Shown in pieces: positions 25,975-37,584 of a stretch of 64,000 bases of DNA (its first letter is position 1; each line of letters opens with the position of its first letter). The translations under genes were made by a program, and so were the position numbers. A model generated the notes under the pieces. That model made no database searches. It had not been told where the DNA came from and saw nothing but the letters and a program-made list of their open reading frames with translations. Origin of the DNA: Lama guanicoe (Eukaryota); the NCBI GenBank assembly GCA_013239625.1, contig MU054117.1, positions 682,001 through 746,000 of the forward strand. Direction: 5' to 3'.

Positions 25975-26450
25975 ACCACTTTAACAGGTCAGGGAACTGA
26001 GGCCCAGAGGGGACGGGTTTGTACGCGGTCTCTGCGTGCGTCCCCAGACTTCCCTGCCAGGGTCCCCTTCCCCTCCACTCCCTCTTCCTACCACCAGGGA
26101 CGTCAGGGCACGTCCTCCCTGCCTGACAGAAGAGGGGGTCTTTCGTGGCCGGACGGGCCGGGCGTGGGGCCCGGCGAAGCCCCCTGTTGGCTGTCTGGTC
26201 TTGGGGATATTATCTGGACCTCATCTTTCTCATCTGAAAAAAGGGAGAGAACAACGCTAACCCTGGAAGGCTGCGTGAGGATTAAAGGTAACGGGCGAGA
26301 GGAGGGGCTTAGTGGGTGGGCCAGCGCTCGCTCTCTGCGTGGGGACGCCTGGACACTGCTCGCTTTTACTGGGGATGAGGAAGCAAACACAGGCCCAAGA
26401 GAGGCCTCCGGGTCACGTGCTTTGCATCTGAAAGGTCACCAGAGCTCTGA
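25975..26450. mobile_element. Cluster of degenerate MIR fragments
   Basis: gggaactgaggcccagagggg; cctcatctttctcatctgaaaaaaggg...gtgaggattaaa; gatgaggaagcaaacacaggcccaagagagg. Confidence 0.55.
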
Positions 26451-28948
26451 CTGAAGACGTATGTGTCCTTGGGCTGGTCCCCGAGGACGCCGCGGTCACC
26501 ACGGTCCCTAGGGGACCATCAGTTCCAAGGGCTTCATCTCGGTTGTCAGCCCGTTCATGAATACTCCTGAAGTGCCTACTGCGCGCTCACAGTAACCCAC
26601 CCTGACAGGGCCCGGGCCCTGGGAGAGCTCGACAGCCGTGAGAAGATGCCCGGGGAAGCCTTCAGCTGTGGCTCTCCACAGAAGGGAGATCCAAGCGCGG
26701 CTGGGGACGGGCAGCTCCAACCGGCCTTCAGTGCCCCTCTAACTCTCCCTTCTGACCCTAAACCAGAGCAAGTGCATGCCTGTGTTCGGGCCTCTCACCC
26801 TGCCTCTGCCGCCTGGAGCCCGCACCGGGCACCGTGGCGGTCCACTGCGGACCCGGTCAGGGTGCGCTCACGTGGGCGGGGGCCCTGTAAGGATGGCGCC
26901 GCCACAGGTGTCTGTCGCTTGTTTAGAAAGAATTTTTGCATCTACGAGCCAGCAGCACTCGGAGAGGGGTCTGAGGGGACTCCATTCCAGCTTGGTTATA
27001 ATACTCGACAATCGGGTTAGTCTAATCAGAAATGCCATCCCCACCGGTGCCAGAGCGACAGGCCACCTCCACCAGGGGCGAGGCTTCCTGGCCGGAGGAA
27101 GTCTTGGTCACCAGCAAGTCCCTTCAGTCTCACTGATCTGATTAAACTCAGCAACGGAAAGAGGAATTTACAAAGTAGATGCTGTTCCCTATTTATTACC
27201 AAAATGGTTGCTTTCCACTCCACCCGCGAGATACAGTGGCAACCTCATTAAGTCTCAGCTTGCGATAACATTTACTCCATAAATCTCCATCTCTGCCCGT
27301 GGGGGAAGTGAGCCTTACGCCAAAAACCACACAGTGGACGAAATCAAGCCCCCGCCCCTTGAAGGGGGTTGAACTTCTCAAGCCTTAAATGGATTCAGCT
27401 TTCCGGCCCTAAAGGAACAGCTGGGAACACCTTCTGGGGACTCTCTTAACCCCGTCCCGACTGCCATGATCAGCTGTTAGCTGGCCTCACTGAGAGAGAA
27501 ACGAAACAAGGATATTTCCGACGCTCCTCTGGGTGGACTTGAAGGAGAAAGGGGAGGCGGGGTGAGCACGTGAAGAAAAACACCGAGGAACAGTCTGATC
27601 TCTCTCTGAAGCCAGACAGAAACGCCGACAGACAAGAAACGGAAGATGAAAAATTGCTCTGTGTGTCTGACTCGCTGGGCACCCTCTGCGGGCACAGAGC
27701 TAGCCCTCCCTGGTTTCAGCCTGACACTGGGACGCGGCAGGGCCAGGTCATCTCTTCCCAATGGCAGGATTCCCGACTTCCGGCCGAGACCCCACTTTTC
27801 TCCCTTAATTTCTACCCTCTTTCCAACCAATGTTCATTGACTGCCTCTCTGCCAGGCCCTGTGAGAGTGGTGCAATACAAACCCCTCCCTCCCCAGGGTA
27901 CAGCCCAGCAGCTGGGGAAGATGGATAAATAGATACCACGGATCAGGGACAGAAGCAGCACCGTGCAGGCGTGGAATCGGTATTCTGGGAGCAAACAGGA
28001 GGGTGTGAGGAGAGGAGGCGGGCGGGGAGCAGGGAGAGGGGACACGGGGAGGGGCCTGAGGGGGTCTCGCAGCAGCAGCGGTTCTAAGGCAGATGGTGGA
28101 GCCAAGCTTCCCGGGGGTGGGTGCAGAGTGGACATAGGTGCCAGGAGGGTCTTTGGAGGAACCAGCTGGCTTCCAGGGCTCAGAGAATCCTGCAGAGGAC
28201 CCAGTGTGGATTCCAGGAGTCTGGGGACGGCAGGGTTCTAGAATCAACTTAACGCCTCTGGGACCCGACAGGTGGGAAGGAGCCCGGTTTGGTCTAGACT
28301 CCCAGGGCTAAAGCGAACGCAGGTCAACCTCGGACTCTAGAAACAAAGCACAGAGAGGAAGGGGTCTTTGCCACTGTCTGTCCGACGACCCCTCCCTTTA
28401 CAGATGAGGAGACAGGCAAACCGCCAGCCGGTCAGCGAGCAGGGCCTGGAGGTCAAGCAGCCTGCTGCCGGTGGGCTCCCACGAGCTGTCGGCCTCCTGT
28501 CGGCAGGGAGGACGGGCTCCCTCCAGCGCCTGCTGCCATGGGCACAACCCCTCCCAGCCCGGGCAGGACCTGGGAATTAACAGAGTCAGTCCTTTGAGGG
28601 GCTGTGGAAATGATACTGAGTGGGAGTGACTTTACACCGCCTAAGGGGCTCCGGAAGAAGCTCTTCAATCCCTGCTGGGGCTTGGGGTCCCCTTGGTGGG
28701 AGCCCGGGTCCTCTCCTGCTGGCCAGCAGCTGTCCGTCAGCTCCCCTGTGATGCAGAACGGCCGGGACCCTCCAGCGCTGGCCTTGCTTCTCTCACCAAG
28801 AAGAGGCTGTCCCCCCAGGTGACGGCACCGGCCTTTGCTCTGCCTCTGCCGGGCAGGGCAGACGTCAGGCCAGGCTTCTAGTCAGAGCTGGACCCGCTGA
28901 TGGAAGCAGCGAGCTCCAGCTCCTAGCGTCCCTGCCAAGAAAGGTGCC

Positions 28949-29090
28949 CTCAGTGTCTCCTTGCCCATGTGCGTGGTGTGGGTGCGTGTGCACGGCGGGG
29001 CTCAGTATCTCCTTGCCCGTGTGTACGGTGTGGGTGCGTGTGAGCACAGTATGTGTGAGTGCGCAGTATGTGCATGTGTGTGTGTACGTG
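28949..29090. repeat. 52-bp two-copy tandem repeat grading into a GT-rich tract
   Basis: ctcagt[g/a]tctccttgccc...ggtgtgggtgcgtgtg at 28949 and 29001. Confidence 0.85.
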
Positions 29091-29627
29091 GCGTTATTTG
29101 CAGAAGATTTTTTTGACATAGTAACTGGCCTGACGTTGGGCACTATGGCCATGTCTCATGAGTCGCTGAAATGACATATTGCTGTTGGACGGGCAGATCT
29201 GAAGCCTGGAATTGGGAAGCTAAACAGGCTCCTCCCTCGCAGACAGCCGTCCAGCACGTGATCAGGGCTTCCGGCCTCTTCGGCAAGCTGTGGCCTTTAC
29301 CTCAGTCCCAGACAGAGGCACAGACAGGCCCCAGGGCACTTCTGATCTCTGTTGAACAGCCTCTGGCCTGAGTTTCTGTTTTCCCTGGCCCTCTGATCTT
29401 GGGGTGAGCTGTGCTCCTACACGAGGTGAGCGCTGAAGCCCTCTGACTAGGACTTAGGGGTGTTAGTCAAAACCAGCATCACGCGTGGCAGACCCCTTTT
29501 AGAATGTGAATTTAGGGAACATCAAAGAGTCCTCCGTCCAGATGTGTAAAGATACCTTAATATCCTTACTTTTTGTAAGAAAAAAAAACCACCTAGCCCT
29601 GAAGAACCTTACCGAAATTCAAATGCA

Positions 29628-29752
29628 GGGGGAGGTGTAGCTCAGGGGTACAGCACACGCTTAGCATGCACAAGGTCCTGGGTTCAATCCCCAGTACCTC
29701 CTCTAAAAATAAATAAATGAATAAACCTAGTTACCTCCCCCCACCAAAAAAA
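29628..29752 (+). mobile_element. tRNA-derived SINE (camelid Vic-1-like)
   Basis: gggggaggtgtagctcaggggtacagc...ggtcctgggttcaatccccagtacctcctctaaaaataaataaa...aaacctagttacctccccccaccaaaaaaa; partial target-site duplication caaatgca / caaatgta. Confidence 0.9.
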
Positions 29753-31890
29753 CAACCAAATGTATATTTTTGGAAAGGACACCCCTTTAAATGTCTTCAT
29801 CAAAGCCCCGTCTGGTGAATTTCCCTGCAGGTCTCTTTGCCGGGGGTAATTTGGTCAGTCTGAGGAACTAATATGAATTAAGTCTGAACTGCAAAAATGT
29901 ACATTTTTAAGAGTAAAGAGCTTCCTCCTTTGTCCTGGACTCTACCTCCTTCATCCTTGACGGCCCTCGTGGGAGGCTGCCCAGCAGGGACTGAGTTCTG
30001 AGCAGAGTCTTCGGTGCAAACACGGTTTTCTTGCTCGTCCTCTCCTGTGGGGAGGGGTATGTCGACGCCACCCCTTGCATGGATCCAAACGAGCTGGGGG
30101 CAGGAGGGAAGTTTACGGCCTTTTCTGTGAAGTCCAAGCAGAGGCTTGAAGTCAGGTGTTTGGAAGTGGACAAAACTGCTTGTCCTGCCCTGGGAGGGCC
30201 CGCCGGGTTTGGGCCGTGCTGTCTCTGAGCACATTCTGTGATGTGTCCCGAGACAGTGCGGAAGCCGCGCAGATTTCTAGGAGGAAGGGGATGCACACGC
30301 CCGAGAGCAGGAAGAAAGCCTGCCCTTGCCCGTCTTACAGGAGACAGCCCGCGCAGTCAGCCCCCCAGCGCTCAGGGAGGGTGGCAGGCCGGGCCGCGGG
30401 GTTCTGCACACAGGCTGGGAGGCGCTCAGTGACCCTGGGGTGGCAGGATTCGATGGAGCCATGCGCTTAGCTAAGGAAGGAATGCAGGGCCCGCACAGGG
30501 CCACGGCCCGGCTAGGACAGGAGCGGCCCCAACGCGGCAGCCTCCCCTCGCCAGGCCCCTCTTCTCTCGCCTCTGTCCAGCCTAACACTGTCACTGTCCT
30601 CCTGTTCTGGGGAGCCCCCCAGCTCCCCAAGGGGCCACCCTGCCCTCGGGAGCCCCATCTGCTGCTGCTGACCCGGCCCCAGTCCTGCCCACTGACCACG
30701 AGGCTCAGACGCAAAGCGGCCACAGTGATGACCAGTCCGGGGCTCACGGCAGGTACGATGCTTATTTAAGAGGACGGACTCTTCCCTCCTCTGCGGGAGG
30801 GGGAGCCTCCTCTGGGAACAGCGCTGCCACCGCAGAGGCGCAAGGGCGTCCGTCTGGCGCAGGGGCCCTGAGGGACGGGCCGTGCAGCCTGCGTTTGGGG
30901 TTTTCTCAGCTCTTCTCTCTCATCAACCACCGGATCATAAGGGCAGGGACTGAATGAGGAGGAGCAGCCGGGATTCTACACGTGCACCTTTTAGGGTAAA
31001 GGGACAGCTTGTCGGTGTTTATGGCCCCGGAGGGGAGGCAGCGGGGGCAGAGGGCTCCCGCTGCCGAGCTCCAGGGGGAGTCACTTGGGGGCAGGCTCTG
31101 CGCAACCCAAGGTCTGGAGCAGCCGAGGCTGCTTATCCCCCAGACCCCTTTGTGGACGCCGGCCTCAGGGCAGGGCTGTCTTCCCATCCGCTCCCCTGTG
31201 CCTCCCCCTTCAGGCCGTGGCAGCCCCCGAGCCCCCGGTCTCTCTGCTTCCAGCACCCTCCACCCCCTTCCTCAACCAACCATCCAGAGAGGGAGCCCTG
31301 TGGCCTTCTGACATGAACCTGGCCCTCTGCTCAGATCTCTTCAGTGGCTCCTCTGAACCCACAGGATACAGTCCACGTTTGAGGCCGTTTGGGACCAGGT
31401 CTCAGCCTCCCCTGCTGGCTTGACACTCGGCCTCTTCCCTGCACCCTAATCTGCAGTCCCTTCTCCCCACCCACCCCCCTTGCTTGTTCTAACTTCACAC
31501 CGCAGCTTCTCAGCATCAAGGTCCTCTCTTCTCCTGTGGCCTCAAGAGCTGCTGCCAGTCTGGGCGACAGAGACGAGGGGTGTGTCCCCCCTCTTGGCAC
31601 TTAGACTGTGTCCCCACCCCAGGAGCTCTGGGACAAGAGATCTGGCCAGTGGCAGGCGGACAGGCGAGGTCCACACTCCCTGCCCGGCCTCCCGCCCTCC
31701 CGTGGGCCCCCTGCGCCCTCCCCGTCCCTCCTCGGCTGCCCAGATGCAGGGACCTCTGAGGCCCTGGGGGAGGGAACTCCCTCCTGCCAACACCCGGCCC
31801 ACAGAAAGCCAGGAGCGAGGAGCCTCCTCACCTTGCCGAGCGCTGAGACGTCCTCATTACAACAGTCAGCCCACCTGGCCGACGCGGCCA

Positions 31891-31942
31891 CCCCAGGCAG
31901 GTCCCCCAGGCAGGCCCCCCGGGCAGGCCCCCCAGGCAGGCC
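31891..31942. repeat. 13-bp GC-rich tandem repeat (CCCCAGGCAGGCC), 4 copies
   Basis: Read directly. Confidence 0.88.
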
Positions 31943-33679
31943 GTCTACACCCTAAGGAACTGTGTTCTCTGCTCTCTGCTTTTCTCCAGGCCCTTGCTCA
32001 GACCCTCCGTCCACGGCTGGGACCTGGTCCTCGTGCACCCGTCTCCCTAACTGGCTCTCAGCCACCTCGGGACGCAGGCCGTTGGCCCCTCCTGGTATGC
32101 CGGGTGCCCCCGTGTGCTGAACGGATGCACAGGTGTCTCTCAGACGAGCAGGACAGTCTGGCCCGCGTGTCACGCAGAAGGTCCCCCCCAGACCGCGTGA
32201 GGCCAGCGATCAGTTTCCGTGCTCTCTCCACGGCCCCCACGCCATGCGCCCGACCGTGCGGGCACAGCCGGGACCGCCCCTCCGCCACCGCAGACGCTGC
32301 CCACAGCAGCAAGCAGCTCAGAGGCCGGAGCTGCGACTCTCCCCGACAGGGAACCTGTGACAAGGACTTTTACCTCCCTGTGTGAACGTGGGGGGAGGGG
32401 CAGCTGGGTGTGGGCGGCTCCGTCTGGGGGCTGAGCACTGGTTATCAGAGGAAGTGGACTGGAGGGAAATTCAGGGTGACTCATGTCCCCCCACCCCCTC
32501 TGCTGAGCGACTCTCCCAGGTGTGTCCGTCTGCAAAGCATTAGGTTAAAATCAAATCCGCGTGTGGACTTTCCAGGAGACCACGGGTAAGACTTGGCAAC
32601 TGACTGAATGTCCCCTTACACGTCCACCCCTTAGTGAGCCCCCGCCGTCCCCAGGCTGGGACAAAGGTGCCACAAACTCGAGAGGCCGGACGGCAGAGCG
32701 GTCGGACTGCGCTCCAGAGGCAGGCGTACTGCCTGCGGGGAGACGCGCGCTGGGTTCTCGTTCAGACCCGATTCCGGCCCGAGTGAGGTACTGCACACGG
32801 TACGGGTCCACGGGACTGGCCCAGGGGTGGACGTCCCACCAGCCCCAGAGAATCCACGAAACAGCCTCACTGCACGGCCAGGGGCAGCGGCCGGGCCACT
32901 CACCTGGAGGTGGGCCTGAGCCCCGACCACTCGGATCACTGGCCCAGGTGAGCTGTTTCCCACCCTGGGGCCAGCTTCCTCCCCTGATCTCTCCGCGATT
33001 TTCCAGCCCTGCCGGTTTAGGGCTGGATCAGGACCAGCTGGAGGTGACGGGCGGGGCAGGAGAGGCGCGTGCCGTGACCACGGGCCGGGGTTGGGATGGC
33101 CTCTCACACACGACGCCCGGGGGGCAATGCAGGAAGGGGGTCGGGGGAGCAAGGCTCGCTAGTGTCCTCACGCCTCCTGAGCAGATGCCGGCGGGACTCT
33201 GTCTCAGGACCCCGATGTGCGCAGCGGTGACCGCGAGTAAGCCCGGGGAAAACTGCACGGATGGAAGTGTGAAAAACCTCAGATAGCGACGCACGCGCCC
33301 CACGCGCACACGGTGCAGATCAGTGATGCTCAGATCGCGCTCTCAAGCCCACGGGCCCCTCGTAACTCACTCTCCCAGCCTCTGCAGGGCGGGGAGCCGC
33401 CACCGGCTCTGCTGGTTCAGGACGACTCAGAAGTGGCTCCCGAGAACAGAGCTGAACACGCCGGGTAAACATTTAATCTGCTCTCTCTGTGGAGTCTCAG
33501 TCCCCCGCCTGTCTGTCTTTTCCACGCCCATCCGCACAAACGTGTGCCTTAGGGGCTGGGCTGCATCTGAGTGGTCTTCACGACGAGAGAGCGATTCCCA
33601 CATGCACAGACACTCGACCCGCACACTTTGACCTTGAGGAGAAAGAAGAGGTTCCCGTTCTTTGAGGAGGGGTCTCTGA

Positions 33680-33780
33680 TGACTGTTCACTGCTGGCTCC
33701 CCAGTGCCGGGAACACGCGTGGGGAGCAGACCTCGGTGGTGGATGGGCGGATGGATGGGTGGATGAATGAACTGGAATGT
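33680..33780 (+). mobile_element. L2 3' end with (TGGA/TGAA)n tail
   Basis: tgttcactgctggctccccagtgccgggaaca...ggatggatgggtggatgaatgaa. Confidence 0.6.
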
Positions 33781-36095
33781 ATTTATAAGTATTTTTATAT
33801 AATGCACTGGCCACCTCACCTCAAACAATGCCCTTCCTGCCTGCCGCCTTCCCACCCTGCTCTTCCCAAGGCTGCAGTGGTGTCGCCTTTCCCTGGGTCC
33901 CCTGTAGGTGCGCCCGGCTCCCACCTAATGGGGTGTCACTGAGCTGTTTCCGAGTGGAGCCACCTGTCTCACCGACGCCCGACACCGGAGGCCTTTATGA
34001 GGTGCACCATGGGCCACCTGGGATCCTGCCCGGGGCACAGGCAGACGTCGCCAGAGCCACGGTGAAGAATGGTAACCCCCTTTTCCCTAAAAGGCTGCTT
34101 AGTCTTGGAGCTGGAGAGAACTGGCAGATACCCTGTGCTGCAGTCTCTCAGCAACTTCAAAGATGAAGACGCTACTTTGATGGAAACACACACAATTTCC
34201 AGCAGCATTTCCCCCCTTGTATTTGAAGGCAAACTACGAGATTCTGAAGGTAAGAACGTAGTTTCTGAGCCGCGGGGCTTGCCTTTCCCGCACACCCAGT
34301 GGGCTGCAGTTCCCTAAGAATCTAATCACATCAACCCTGAATCTGGCCGGCCTCCCCGCAGACCCCGCCCCTGCACTTGCCTCCCGGCCCCGCTCCCAAG
34401 CGGCACACTCGGCTCTCCGCCTGGTTTTAGTTTACTCTCTCTGGCTTCCTTAGACACTCAACCCCTGCTTCCCGCCCCCAGAACTGTCCCACCATCATCT
34501 CCCCAGTGGACGAGGCAGGCTGCACTTCGTCCTCCGAGGACCAGGCTGGCTGAGGACAAAGAGCCCACCCAGGCGCCTCTAGCCACAAGGAAAGAGGACA
34601 CGGGGAGGAACCGAGGCCTCCGGCCGGATCTCATCCGTATTTGGGCTTAGGGACATCCAGTCTGAGACTCGGTCCATTAGGGTAGGTGGCTCCTTATGGG
34701 CTTCCTGAAGCTGGACCAGAAGCGGGGGTAGAGGGCCTAGTCCAGGTGATCTGTCCAGCGGCAAAGAGCCCTCCCTCTGGGCAGGGCAGGGAGGCAGCAT
34801 GCCTGTCCTCGGGGTACAGCCAGGCAGCTGTGTCTCTGTGGACAGCCACCACATGCTCACGGCCAGCGGACACGCACGTTTCTACTGATACGTAAGAGAC
34901 ACGCTCAGCCCATCAGCTGTGGGCTGGGGCCCTGCCCTGACCAGGGTGCAGGCCAGGGCCGAAATGCCGGCTCCTGGGCGTCAGAGCAGTGCCCCCGCGG
35001 CTCCCGGGCCAGCTCGCTGGTTTACACACCTCTCAGTACCGACACCGACCGCCCACCGCCCTTCAGCAGCATAAGAGCACTTCCCAGGGAGGCCCTTGGG
35101 GCGCCGCCTCCATCAGAGGCCTCTCTTCCCACCTGCAACGCTCCTCAGCAGAGTGTGACTCCCACCTTAGGCTATTAAACCACGTGGTAGCCAGTCCCCA
35201 GTCATGTGTCTTATTTTGTATCTGCGCCCTAAGCAGTTACCCGAAAGGGACTCTCCGGTGGAGGTACTCAGTCCGGGTCTGAGAGGAGGGACGGAGACCC
35301 TGCCCTCTGTTAGCACTGACATCTTCTTCCTTCCCCTCCACCTGCTCCTCCCCGACCCTGGGCAGGGCTGGGAAACTCATGAGCAGGGACGCCCGGAGAC
35401 CGATGGGGCACCGTGTGCACGTGGGGCGTGACGGGTGCCGAGAGGGGAGACCTCACGTTCACACGGACGGATCAGGACACACGTGTGTGCACACGTCCCT
35501 TGGCCCTCCCGGCCTCCTTGAGGACATAGCACTGGACACCCATCTTCCTGTCAGCCTCTGGGCCACAGCGGCTGGAGCTCACCCCAGAGCATCTCCGGCT
35601 TCCTGCCCTTCCAGCCTGACCTCACGCAGCAAGCGTCTTGGCTATTTAACCTGTTAGGTTCTTTGCCCAGAGACGCCCCATTCAAATGTGCGCCACGCAA
35701 GGGGAGGACCCCGCAGGAGGACAGGGTGGTCAGAGTCACAGAGAGGGAGGTTGGAGGAGACAGAGCAGTGAGAGCCACCCCGCGGGCTCTCATGGTCACC
35801 CCGCGCCCCCGACACCTGGGGCTCGCAGCGCACAGGGCCCTGGGCCCCCCTCAGTTCCGGACAGCTCTGAAGAGGAGCCCGGGTTCCCAGGGGAGGCCGG
35901 TGTGCTGGTCCAGGGCCCACCTCTGAGAACTGCCAGGCTTCCAAACAGGAGCCCCAGTCTGCACGATCCACCACCGTCCCTACACTCGTGAGTGGGCAGC
36001 GCTGACCACACTCACTACCATCCCAGCAAAAGACTTTCCAACCACCAGCCCGGGAAGCCCCGGAGGGAGGGGCTGGGCTCAGTGTGAATAACCTG

Positions 36096-36281
36096 ATGTC
36101 TATAACACGTCTACAACATGTCTATGATCTAATGTCTGCAACATGTCTGCGTGTCTATAACACGTCTATAGCGTGTCTACAACATGTGTATGTCTCCAGC
36201 ATGTCTGTAACCCAATGTCTATAACATGCCTGCAACATGTCTATATGTCTAAAACATGCTTACATGTCTATAGCATGTCTA
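36096..36281. repeat. Degenerate 11-bp minisatellite (TGTCTAYAACA)n
   Basis: Repeated tgtctataaca / cgtctacaaca / tgtctgcaaca units; an AT-rich island. Confidence 0.9.
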
Positions 36282-36684
36282 GGTCCTGGCTGGCCCCTCT
36301 AGGCCCCCAGCCCTCCCCTTAGCACGTCCTGGGACCTTCGACTGTAACCTCCTCGAGAGAAACCCCTGGCTGTTTTCCCCGTGAGAGCGTGGGGTGCCTG
36401 GAAGGGGCCGGACCCCGCTTTCCAGGGGCTCCAGGTGGAGACTGTGCCCTCCAGAGGAGCCCGGAGCAGGACGCCCGCCCCTGCTCGGGAAGAGGACGTC
36501 CAAGTGACAGGCGAAGACCCATCTTGGCAAAGCCCCTGCTGTCTTAGGCCCAGAGTCTCCGCCTCACTCGAGTGACTGGCTTCAAGCATGGGGAGGACGG
36601 CCACCCGCGGAACAGGTGCTGCCGGGGCGGGACCCAGGATGGGGCCCTCGGCGCGGCTCTCCTTGCCCAGCCCCCAGCCCCCAG

Positions 36685-37251
36685 NNNNNNNNNNNNNNNN
36701 NNNNNNNNNNNNNNNNNNNNNNNNNNNNNNNNNNNNNNNNNNNNNNNNNNNNNNNNNNNNNNNNNNNNNNNNNNNNNNNNNNNNNNNNNNNNNNNNNNNN
36801 NNNNNNNNNNNNNNNNNNNNNNNNNNNNNNNNNNNNNNNNNNNNNNNNNNNNNNNNNNNNNNNNNNNNNNNNNNNNNNNNNNNNNNNNNNNNNNNNNNNN
36901 NNNNNNNNNNNNNNNNNNNNNNNNNNNNNNNNNNNNNNNNNNNNNNNNNNNNNNNNNNNNNNNNNNNNNNNNNNNNNNNNNNNNNNNNNNNNNNNNNNNN
37001 NNNNNNNNNNNNNNNNNNNNNNNNNNNNNNNNNNNNNNNNNNNNNNNNNNNNNNNNNNNNNNNNNNNNNNNNNNNNNNNNNNNNNNNNNNNNNNNNNNNN
37101 NNNNNNNNNNNNNNNNNNNNNNNNNNNNNNNNNNNNNNNNNNNNNNNNNNNNNNNNNNNNNNNNNNNNNNNNNNNNNNNNNNNNNNNNNNNNNNNNNNNN
37201 NNNNNNNNNNNNNNNNNNNNNNNNNNNNNNNNNNNNNNNNNNNNNNNNNNN
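36685..37251. other. Assembly gap (567 N)
   Basis: Run of N next to the GC-rich minisatellite. Confidence 1.

Positions 37252-37584
<333 letters not shown>

Noticed and set aside
29628-29700. tRNA-Ala-like sequence with A and B boxes (also at 12060 and 50895)
   Set aside because: These are SINE heads: they continue into a shared non-tRNA tail and A-rich end, with target-site duplications at some copies
29893-29908. 16-bp perfect palindrome aaaaatgtacattttt
   Set aside because: Short and low complexity, with no supporting context
31480-32385. 301-aa plus-strand ORF
   Set aside because: Non-ATG start, low complexity, runs through a 13-bp tandem repeat, no recognisable domain
36096-36281. Regularly spaced short repeats as a CRISPR-like array
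   Set aside because: Mammalian intron, no unique spacers and no cas genes; an ordinary minisatellite
36285-36660. Possible MLT1/MaLR LTR relic (also 47240-47480)
   Set aside because: Resemblance too faint to call by eye; needs RepeatMasker
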